Shown here: piece by piece, positions 14,740 to 22,484 of the stretch | Layout: each line of letters begins with the position of its first letter | How positions within the stretch are numbered: the first letter of the stretch is position 1 | DNA from: a virus | Lineage: Duplodnaviria; Caudoviricetes | Direction: 5' to 3' (one strand) | DNA: 31,945 nt | Virus record (IMG/VR): IMGVR_UViG_3300030202_000362 | Span: 1-31,945 of that record | Made by a program: the position numbers and the translations under genes | Notes under the pieces: generated by a model | What the model was told of the DNA's origin: nothing | The model's input: only the letters and a program-made list of their open reading frames with translations | Database searches by the model: none

Positions 14740-14748
14740 GGAACTGAT

Positions 14749-15438
14749 ATGGCAGTTGCAACAACATCAGACTTCAACACTACCTTCTTTATAGACGAGG
14801 TAATAGAAGAAGCCTATGCTATGATAGGTGGACAAGCTGAACTAGGTAATGATGGTATCACTGCAAGGAGATCTCTTAATCTTCTACTCACTGACTGGCA
14901 GAACAGGGGCGTTCTTCTCTGGGGAACAGATCTTGCAACCACTACTCTTGTTGCCGGGACTGCCGCTTATGAACTAGACGCAGATACCATAGATGTTCTC
15001 TCTGGTTATATAAGATTAGGATCTAACTCGACTGATTTTCAGATGACCCGTATAGGTTACGAAGAATACGAGGGTATCACAAACAAAGCCACCAGCGGTA
15101 GACCTACACAGTTTGCAACTCTGAAAGGAAGAGATCTTGTCACAGTGCACTTCTTTCCCACACCAGATACAGCAAACACTTACACCTTTAGAAACTACAG
15201 AATGAAACGTCTGAAGGATGTTACCAAGAGTGCACTTCAGAATGCAGATGTTCCTTTCCGGTTTCTACCTGCACTTACCTGTGGGCTGGCCTATTATCTC
15301 AGTTATAAAAGACCTGCAGTTCCTACAGAACGAATAACAATGCTTAAAGATAAATACGAAGCTTTGCTCAGAACTGCACTAGAGTCAGATAAAGAAAGAG
15401 TGAACCTCTTCATAACCCCACAACTACAGGTAGTTTAA
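14749..15438 (+). CDS. second adaptor/tail-tubular-like structural protein
   Basis: IDEVIEEAY...ARRSLNLLLTDWQNRG, GRPTQF, FFPTPD, VPFRFLPALTCGLAYYLS. Confidence 0.7.
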   Translation: MAVATTSDFNTTFFIDEVIEEAYAMIGGQAELGNDGITARRSLNLLLTDWQNRGVLLWGTDLATTTLVAGTAAYELDADTIDVLSGYIRLGSNSTDFQMTRIGYEEYEGITNKATSGRPTQFATLKGRDLVTVHFFPTPDTANTYTFRNYRMKRLKDVTKSALQNADVPFRFLPALTCGLAYYLSYKRPAVPTERITMLKDKYEALLRTALESDKERVNLFITPQLQVV

Positions 15439-15439
15439 C

Positions 15440-15586
15440 ATGGCTAAACCAAAAGGATTGTATGCAAATATAAACGCAAGAAAGAAAAAAAGAATTAGCA
15501 GATCTAAAAAGAAAAGCACAATAACAGATAAAGCTTATGCTAACATGAAGGCTGGCTTCCCTAAGAAGAAGAAGAAAAAAAAGTAA
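15440..15586 (+). CDS. 48-aa Lys-rich protein (MAKPKGLYANINARKKK...FPKKKKKKK)
   Basis: Read by hand; GLYANI motif recurrent in small phage proteins; TAATG coupling. Confidence 0.75.
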   Translation: MAKPKGLYANINARKKKRISRSKKKSTITDKAYANMKAGFPKKKKKKK

Positions 15587-15753
15587 TGGCAGCTAAGAAA
15601 AATAAAAAATTAACTCCTAGACAACTAGCTACACTAAAAAAACATAGTAAGCATCACACTGCTAAACATATGAAAGTAATGGTTAAGGACATGAAAGAGG
15701 GTAAAACATTTACTCAAGCACATAAAGATGCTATGAAAAAAGTTGGAAAGTAA
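15586..15753 (+). CDS. 55-aa Lys/His-rich protein (MAAKKNKKLTPRQLATLKKHSKHHTAKHM...)
   Basis: Read by hand; TAATG coupling at both ends. Confidence 0.75.
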   Translation: MAAKKNKKLTPRQLATLKKHSKHHTAKHMKVMVKDMKEGKTFTQAHKDAMKKVGK

Positions 15754-16049
15754 TGGCAGCTAAGAAAAGAAAAGGTACTATGAAAGGTCACAGCATCAGC
15801 GGTGGGCAGAAGAGACCTACCAAATCTGGTGCAGGGATGACCAAGAAAGGTGTAGCAAAATACCGGAGGGACAACCCCGGTAGTAAGCTCAAGACAGCTG
15901 TTACAGGATCTGTTAAGAAGGGTAGCAAGGATGCAAACAGGCGTAAGAGCTACTGCGCCAGATCAGCAGGTCAAATGAAGAAGTTTCCTAAAGCCGCAAA
16001 GAATCCTAACTCAAGACTAAGACAAGCTAGAAAAAGGTGGAAGTGCTAA
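15753..16049 (+). CDS. basic protein, DUF6321-like
   Basis: GMTKKGVAKYRRDNPGSKLK, RRKSYCARSAG, NPNSRLRQARKRWKC. Confidence 0.7.
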   Translation: MAAKKRKGTMKGHSISGGQKRPTKSGAGMTKKGVAKYRRDNPGSKLKTAVTGSVKKGSKDANRRKSYCARSAGQMKKFPKAAKNPNSRLRQARKRWKC

Positions 16050-16322
16050 ATGCAAAAAGGATTTTTTATAAGTGACAGGTCTGGATTTAGATACAGGCTT
16101 GATCAAAGAACCAAAGAACCGGGAACAGGGTTTATCGTTGCTAAGAGTGAGAGCGATGGTATTTATAACCTTGTAACTGACCCACTTAATAAGGTAAAAT
16201 TCTACAGAGACAAACAGATTATTAAAGACGCAAGACCGCCTAGTAATGCTGATCTAAATAAATCTTGGAATGGTATTACAACTAAATGGGAAGATACCAC
16301 CACGAAATGGAACTTTACATAG
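16050..16322 (+). CDS. hypothetical protein
   Basis: ISDRSGFRY motif, DARP, C-terminal W-x6-W-x6-W. Confidence 0.7.
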   Translation: MQKGFFISDRSGFRYRLDQRTKEPGTGFIVAKSESDGIYNLVTDPLNKVKFYRDKQIIKDARPPSNADLNKSWNGITTKWEDTTTKWNFT

Positions 16323-16334
16323 GAGTTAAGAACA

Positions 16335-16583
16335 ATGGCCAGAGCTTATTTCAATGCAAAGAAAGACGAGAAGAAGACAAAGAAGACAGCTAAGAAGAAG
16401 ACCGCCAAGCGTCAAGGTTACAAGGACAGAGAAGATGAAAGCCTTTCAGCACGTAGAGGAAAGAAGAGTCAAAGCTTGAAGTCTAGGCGTGACGAAGCTC
16501 AAGGAGCCAGAAAAAAGAAGAGCAGTAAGAAAGAAGGAAGAAGTGCTGTCTTTGGTTTGAAAAGGAAAAAGCGTTCTGCCTGA
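16335..16583 (+). CDS. small Lys/Arg-rich protein
   Basis: AGGAG RBS; KRQGYKDREDESL motif. Confidence 0.75.
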   Translation: MARAYFNAKKDEKKTKKTAKKKTAKRQGYKDREDESLSARRGKKSQSLKSRRDEAQGARKKKSSKKEGRSAVFGLKRKKRSA

Positions 16584-16601
16584 GTAAAGGAATAACTTAT
16601 T

Positions 16602-17270
16602 ATGTCTGATCTAACAAATCAACTGATAGCTAACACTTATAAGGATCTGCTACAAGTTAACGCAGCTAATCCTAATGATGGTCTAGACGGTACAGTCAGG
16701 ACTATTCAAGACGGTGGAGGAACTGCTGGCCCTATCTCTATGAGTACGGCACAGTTAAATGTCACAGGCCAGTTTGCTCTCCGGGGTACAGTCCTCACTG
16801 CCACAGCAGATCAGCTTAATACTTTAGCCCTTGGCGGTTTTTCTGCTTTTACTGCCAATGACGGTACAATCCTCCTGACAGAGGAGGGTACCTCTGTTAG
16901 CACTGCCACCACCAGTGTTACAGCTAGGATCAACCCTTCTCTTAGTCTTACAGATTTAACAACTACTAACTTAACAGCTGCTGGCTTAACTTATCCTACT
17001 TCCGCTGGTAATAATGGACAAGTTCTACAAACCAATGGAACTGATACATTAAGTTTTGCGGATACATCACCGGGAGGTGGTTTCTTTAAAGGGGATAACG
17101 GAAGCACAGGTGACGCAAGCACAGGACCCGGAGATATTTTCCGTATCAACGAACAAGAGTTAAATACAACTACAGTTATTACCACTATAGAAAATGCTTC
17201 AGGAGCAGGTCCTATAACCATAGCCTCTGGAACTACTTTGACTATTAATGGTAATCTTACAATAATCTAA
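16602..17270 (+). CDS. tail fibre proximal/adaptor protein (putative)
   Basis: IANTYKDLLQ N-terminus, GNNGQVLQTNGTDTLSF, C-terminal GPITIASGTTLTING. Confidence 0.6.
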   Translation: MSDLTNQLIANTYKDLLQVNAANPNDGLDGTVRTIQDGGGTAGPISMSTAQLNVTGQFALRGTVLTATADQLNTLALGGFSAFTANDGTILLTEEGTSVSTATTSVTARINPSLSLTDLTTTNLTAAGLTYPTSAGNNGQVLQTNGTDTLSFADTSPGGGFFKGDNGSTGDASTGPGDIFRINEQELNTTTVITTIENASGAGPITIASGTTLTINGNLTII

Positions 17271-17282
17271 GAGGATTAAATA

Positions 17283-18338
17283 ATGAGTACATTAAAAGCA
17301 GATACTATTACAGCCACCTCTAATAATGGTGATCTTAATCTTAGTGGTAATGGGACAGGTAATGTAAACTTAGCAACGGGAACTGAGTTAAACGGCACTG
17401 CTCTGACTTCTACATTCATAGCCTCTGGCGGTAGTGGTTCTGGTTCTGGTCTTACAGATCTTAACGCTTCTAACCTAGCCAGTGGCACCGTGCCTAACGC
17501 AAGATTCCCTGCTACCCTCCCAGCTGCTAGTGGCGTTAACCTTACTGCTTTAAATGCAGACAATTTAGGCAGCGGTACTGTTCCTGATGCACGATTTCCC
17601 GCTACGTTGCCAGCTGCTAGTGGTGTTAACCTAACTGCGTTAAATGCAACTAACCTGGGTAGCGGGACCGTCCCGGATGCAAGGTTTCCGGCCACACTTC
17701 CAGCTGCCAGTGGCGTTAATCTTACAGCGTTAAACGCAACTAACTTAGGTAGTGGGACGGTCCCTAATGGAAGGTTTCCAGCAAACCTTCAAAGTTTTCC
17801 AGCGCCGGGATCAGATGGAAATATTTTAACTGCAGCTTCGGGAGCGTGGACTAGTGCTGCGGCAGCAGCTGGTGGTGCTTGGGAAGTTGTCCAGAATAAT
17901 GTTGTAGGTGGGACCACATTAATTCTTGGAAGTTTGAGCAAGACGACCAGAGTCATCATCAATAAATATTCCGGTAGTGGAAACATGGTTGTAGAATACT
18001 CTATAGATGGTGGTAGCTCATTTTTAACGTCGGGATTAGAAGTTAGTGCTGACGATGCTTATACGTCAACTGAATGGACGAGTGGATCGGCTGGATTTAA
18101 CAGTGCACCTTCGGGGGGGCTATATACAGGCGTAATGGATTACACGATTTTCCGACCAGAACAAGCTACGGCTCCTATCATGGCACGATTTGAAACTTCT
18201 GGTACGTTTTCCAGTCGAGGTGGCTACGATACCATCCAAGGCCATGTGAGATACAATACGGCTTCAGCGGTAAACCGACTGAAATTCACGCAACTACAGG
18301 CAACCGATAGATTCCTAGTTCTTCGTATGACATATTAA
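17283..18338 (+). CDS. tail fibre protein 1 with 30-aa repeats
   Basis: MSTLKADTI start; repeats LNAxNLGSGTVPDARFPATLPAASGVNLTA; unique C-terminal domain; followed by a chaperone gene. Confidence 0.75.
   Translation: MSTLKADTITATSNNGDLNLSGNGTGNVNLATGTELNGTALTSTFIASGGSGSGSGLTDLNASNLASGTVPNARFPATLPAASGVNLTALNADNLGSGTVPDARFPATLPAASGVNLTALNATNLGSGTVPDARFPATLPAASGVNLTALNATNLGSGTVPNGRFPANLQSFPAPGSDGNILTAASGAWTSAAAAAGGAWEVVQNNVVGGTTLILGSLSKTTRVIINKYSGSGNMVVEYSIDGGSSFLTSGLEVSADDAYTSTEWTSGSAGFNSAPSGGLYTGVMDYTIFRPEQATAPIMARFETSGTFSSRGGYDTIQGHVRYNTASAVNRLKFTQLQATDRFLVLRMTY
17460..17783 (+). repeat. ~3.6 copies of a 90-nt coding repeat
   Basis: Near-identical protein units with many synonymous differences; related copies at ~18833-19020. 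Confidence 0.9.
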
Positions 18339-18354
18339 TAAAGAGAGAGAGAAA

Positions 18355-18648
18355 ATGGATAAATATAATTACGTCGATTGTGACAAGAAAACTTCAGTCA
18401 TTATGGAGTTTACCGCTGAAGAACAGAAAGAAATAGATGCCAGACAAAAAGCATTTGATGACGGTGCAGAAGACCGCGCTTGGTTTGCATTGCGCGTTAA
18501 AAGAGCCAAGCTTCTAGCCGAAACTGATTGGATGGCGAATTCTGATGTAACAATGTCGGATGCTCAAAAATCGTACCGTCAGGAATTACGGGATTTACCC
18601 GCTAATACGTCAGACCCAGAAAGTCCAAACTGGCCTACAAAACCTTAG
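18355..18648 (+). CDS. tail fibre assembly chaperone
   Basis: LRxKRxKLLAETDW...YRQELRDLP...WPTKP. Confidence 0.85.
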   Translation: MDKYNYVDCDKKTSVIMEFTAEEQKEIDARQKAFDDGAEDRAWFALRVKRAKLLAETDWMANSDVTMSDAQKSYRQELRDLPANTSDPESPNWPTKP

Positions 18649-18661
18649 TTAAGGAGCAACT

Positions 18662-19672
18662 ATGACCATACGCTTAGACGCAGGGAATTTAACTCAGACT
18701 AGATCTGATCTAGGACTAGCAATAGGAACAGATGTATTGGCTCCTAACGGATCTGCTGCTAATTTAACAGCTATACCTGCTGCCCAGATCACGGGAACAC
18801 TTCCTGCAGTTAATGGTGGTAGTATTACAGATCTTAACGCCTCTAATTTAGGTAGTGGAACTGTTCCAGATGCTAGGTTTCCCGCTACCCTGCCAGCTAC
18901 CAGCGGTGTAAACTTAACTGCTCTACCAGCTACTCTCCCAGCAGCTAGTGGAGTTAACCTTACTGCTTTAAACGCTACTAATCTAGGTACTGGTTCTGTC
19001 CCTGATGCACGTCTACCAGCAAACCTTCAAAGTTTTCCAGCACCGGGATCAGACGGGAACGTGCTAACAGCGGCCTCTGGAGCTTGGACAAGTGCCGCCG
19101 CTGCTGGAGGAGGTTCTTGGGAGCTTTTACACGTTACAGAGGTAAGTAGTGCTGTTGCAACGGTAGATATAGGTGCCATAGGAAACACGCCATTTGATGA
19201 TGGTTTTGAAATATATTGTATAACGATTGATGGGTTTAGAAACTCAACAAGTAACACAGAATTACAGTGTCTTATCGGATTTGATGATTCAGCGGGATCA
19301 GTGGCTTATTTTACCAGTGGTTACTTTCAACACCTCCAACGCACACAAAGTAATCACAATGGATATCTCAACACCCAAGGTATTACAGCAGATATTCAAC
19401 TTGGCAATAACATTTCTAGCTCTACCCGTAACCGTTCTCAATTTGTAACGTACTGGTCGGGAATGGGTCCCTCCAACGCAACTTACAATACAATCGTGCA
19501 CGGTAACTATTGCGTGGCTAAACATGGTGATGCTTCGCTTGCTACCGGAACACTGGCTGGATTCCATGACGGAGTAGGAAGTCTTCCCACCATTTCATTA
19601 AGATTTCAGTCATCTTCTGGCAATATAGAAAACGGTAATTTTCGGGTCTACGGTTTGAAGGAGACAATATAA
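18662..19672 (+). CDS. tail fibre protein 2
   Basis: RSDLGLAIGTDV, same shaft repeat as fibre 1, C-terminal SSGNIENGNFRVYGLK. Confidence 0.75.
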   Translation: MTIRLDAGNLTQTRSDLGLAIGTDVLAPNGSAANLTAIPAAQITGTLPAVNGGSITDLNASNLGSGTVPDARFPATLPATSGVNLTALPATLPAASGVNLTALNATNLGTGSVPDARLPANLQSFPAPGSDGNVLTAASGAWTSAAAAGGGSWELLHVTEVSSAVATVDIGAIGNTPFDDGFEIYCITIDGFRNSTSNTELQCLIGFDDSAGSVAYFTSGYFQHLQRTQSNHNGYLNTQGITADIQLGNNISSSTRNRSQFVTYWSGMGPSNATYNTIVHGNYCVAKHGDASLATGTLAGFHDGVGSLPTISLRFQSSSGNIENGNFRVYGLKETI

Positions 19673-19956
19673 TGTCGCGCAATAGAATGGTGAATGGGGA
19701 GCTTGTACCTCTTAGTGCTGAAGAAAGTGCTGCTATGGATGCGGCAGATGCCGAGTGGGAAGCTACAGGAAAAATAGCAGCTGTTTGGAAACAAGTAAGA
19801 GAAGAGCGTGATGCGAAACTATCTGAGACAGACTGGTGGGCAATGCCGGACTCTCCTACAATGTCTGAAGCACAAACTCAGTATCGTCAGGACCTTAGAG
19901 ATTTTCCGTCAGTGGTAGATGTTAATAATATTGTCTGGCCAACTAAGCCTGAGTAA
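19672..19956 (+). CDS. tail fibre assembly chaperone
   Basis: VREERDAKLSETDW...YRQDLRDFP...WPTKP. Confidence 0.85.
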   Translation: MSRNRMVNGELVPLSAEESAAMDAADAEWEATGKIAAVWKQVREERDAKLSETDWWAMPDSPTMSEAQTQYRQDLRDFPSVVDVNNIVWPTKPE

Positions 19957-19963
19957 TTGAAAC

Positions 19964-22465
19964 ATGAGTACTTTTAATAATCTTCTTTTAATGGGTGCAG
20001 AAGCTACCGCTGAATCTGGGGGTGGTGGTGGTGGAGGTAGTGATCCATTTTCCCCTTCACTAGTCACTGGTTCTGTTTGGCTAGAAGATACTTCTGACTT
20101 CCTATCAAAAACTTTTTCTAGTGGAACTTCTCCATCACAGGTTATTGTTAGTACGTGGATTCAACGGTGTGCGCTAGGATCAGAGCAAGCTATTCTTGCT
20201 TCACTAGGAGGTGTTATATCTACTTCTTCCAATAGACTAACAATAACAGCTGCAGATAAACTAAAAGTACACACTGAAAGCGGCTCATCCACAACAACGC
20301 AGTACGAATCAGATAGAGTCTTTAGAGATATAGGTTGGTATCATATTCTCTTATCAATTGATGGGACTGCCTCTGGTTCTGACACAGTTAAAATATTTGT
20401 CAATGGTGATGAAGTTGCTCTTACTAAAATAGTTGGTTCTGACTTTACAGGTAGCCTTAACTCATGGGGTAACGGGAGTGCGCTCCATTTCATAGGTAAG
20501 TACAATAACGCAGTCACTGATTTGTTTCCTTGGAAAGGTTATTTTTCTCAGTATACTTTTTTAGTAGGTAGATCCATTCAAAGTGGGAGCGCAACTATCT
20601 CAGACTTTTTAGGTACACATACTTTTGGAACAAATGGATCACAGGTTATTCCTAACAGTGATGCAAATGTAGCTCTTCTGGCCAGTAACGCAGGAGGTAA
20701 TTCATTCTCTCTAGACTTTTCTAACTCTGGAGCTTTGGGTAATGATGCTAGTTCTAACAACAATGACTTTACCCCTACGGGTATGACCAGTGCAAATGCA
20801 ACTGGTAATACTCCTTCTAAGATGTACTCTACAATGAATATGTTAATCTCTGGAGATGCTGGCACAGTAACATTTGCGGAAGGAAACAGAAGAGTTACTG
20901 GAACAGCTGGAGGAGATAGTGGGACATTCTCTACTCTTCCCTTACCTACCACAGGCACCACAGAATTTCAGATGACTACTAATAACGGTGCTGGTAGAGT
21001 AGGCATTTGTTGTTATGAGAACTGTCTAGCAGCAGCGGCGTTGCCCTCAAACAATACGTTTGGTGGTTCAGCTGTAGGCTTTAATGCAGCGTATTCTTAT
21101 GACCAGCCTGGAACATTAAGAGAGAGAACTCAAAGTTCTCAGACAACAACTGCTTTTGGAGGTGCTTGGACTACTAATGATGTTATAACTGTTAGATATA
21201 ATGCCACTGCTAATGAGTTAAATTTTTTAAAGAATAATGTAGCTCAAGGAACAACGGTGTCTACAGTTGCAGGGCTTACATACTATGCTGCAGTTGCTCG
21301 TTTTAATAACTATGATTGTACCTTTCATTTTGACGAAGCAGACTTTCCACACACCATAGGAAGCGGTAACAAAACAATTAACACAGCAGACTTAGCTACT
21401 CCAAGTTTCCAAGGTAAAGACTTCTTTGACGCTACGCTTTACACAGGTAACAGTGCTACTCAGATTGTAGGCGGCGGGAGTGATTCTAAGTTTACAGCCT
21501 CTGCTTGGATAAAAAGTAGAAGTGCCACCTCTAGTAATATGCTCTACGACAGGGTAAGGGGAGTGGCACGGGACTTACATTCTAACACTGCAGATGCTGA
21601 AGTATTTGACGCAGATACTCTGACAAGCTTTTTACAAAGGGGTGGGGAGCTAGGTGCAGATTCACAGGTAAACCTTAACACTGGTACCTTTGTTCTCTGG
21701 CAGTGGTTAGCAGGTAGCTCTGCAACTGGCGGTATAACTAATACCACAGGTTCTACTAACAGTACCCTTGTTACATCCGTGGCTCAAAACTTTTCAGTGG
21801 GTACATTTACTGGAACAGGCAGTTTTACAACAGTGGGTCACTCACTAGGAGGTGTGCCAGACGCTATCTTTGTAAAGAACGCCACCACTGGTTCAACTGA
21901 CTGGGCAGTATATATAAAGAACATCACAGGTATAAATGGAAATCCTGAGAATAATGTTCTAGAATTAAACACTACTATAGTGGCAACTGCTAATGCTACA
22001 GTATGGCAAAGTCAAGCACCTACCTCTACAGTCTTTACCGTGGGTAGCAGTAGCCAAACAAATCAGTCCGGTCAAACTATGTCTTTTATGGCTTTTAGAT
22101 CTATCCCCGGTGTCTGTAAAGTAGGATCGTACACGGGTAATGGAACAACTAATGGTCCTTGGGTAAACTTTGAGTTTAAACCACGTTGGGTTTTAATAAG
22201 GCGTGCTGACAGCGGAGGAGATCCTTGGTGTATCATAGACATGGCGAGGAATCCCTTTAATACCACTACTAATCCGCTAGTCTTACGTCCTAATACAACA
22301 GATATAGATACATCAGGAACACTAGGGTCTGTTGACTTTCTTGCCAATGGTATTAAGTTTAACAGTATAACAAGTGCAGGGAATGGATCACTAGGTAACT
22401 TTGTTTATATTGCCATGGCAGACATAGGTGGCCATGGTACACTCCCACCAATATACGGGATATAG
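19964..22465 (+). CDS. large receptor-binding-type virion protein (LamG/ConA-like + SPRY-like + beta-repeat)
   Basis: VFRDIGWYHILLSID, LGNDASSNNNDFT, LYTGN...WIKSR, VGSYTGNG...FKPRWVLIRR. Confidence 0.7.
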   Translation: MSTFNNLLLMGAEATAESGGGGGGGSDPFSPSLVTGSVWLEDTSDFLSKTFSSGTSPSQVIVSTWIQRCALGSEQAILASLGGVISTSSNRLTITAADKLKVHTESGSSTTTQYESDRVFRDIGWYHILLSIDGTASGSDTVKIFVNGDEVALTKIVGSDFTGSLNSWGNGSALHFIGKYNNAVTDLFPWKGYFSQYTFLVGRSIQSGSATISDFLGTHTFGTNGSQVIPNSDANVALLASNAGGNSFSLDFSNSGALGNDASSNNNDFTPTGMTSANATGNTPSKMYSTMNMLISGDAGTVTFAEGNRRVTGTAGGDSGTFSTLPLPTTGTTEFQMTTNNGAGRVGICCYENCLAAAALPSNNTFGGSAVGFNAAYSYDQPGTLRERTQSSQTTTAFGGAWTTNDVITVRYNATANELNFLKNNVAQGTTVSTVAGLTYYAAVARFNNYDCTFHFDEADFPHTIGSGNKTINTADLATPSFQGKDFFDATLYTGNSATQIVGGGSDSKFTASAWIKSRSATSSNMLYDRVRGVARDLHSNTADAEVFDADTLTSFLQRGGELGADSQVNLNTGTFVLWQWLAGSSATGGITNTTGSTNSTLVTSVAQNFSVGTFTGTGSFTTVGHSLGGVPDAIFVKNATTGSTDWAVYIKNITGINGNPENNVLELNTTIVATANATVWQSQAPTSTVFTVGSSSQTNQSGQTMSFMAFRSIPGVCKVGSYTGNGTTNGPWVNFEFKPRWVLIRRADSGGDPWCIIDMARNPFNTTTNPLVLRPNTTDIDTSGTLGSVDFLANGIKFNSITSAGNGSLGNFVYIAMADIGGHGTLPPIYGI

Positions 22466-22484
22466 ATTATGAGGGAGAATCAAA

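Noticed and set aside
17276-17695. Repetitive antisense ORFs over the fibre and the 780-aa gene (also 23591-24046)
   Set aside because: Mirror of sense-strand coding repeats
17778-19110. Diversity-generating retroelement TR/VR pair or invertible tail segment
   Set aside because: Differences are not adenine-specific, repeats are direct, and no reverse transcriptase or invertase is in the window
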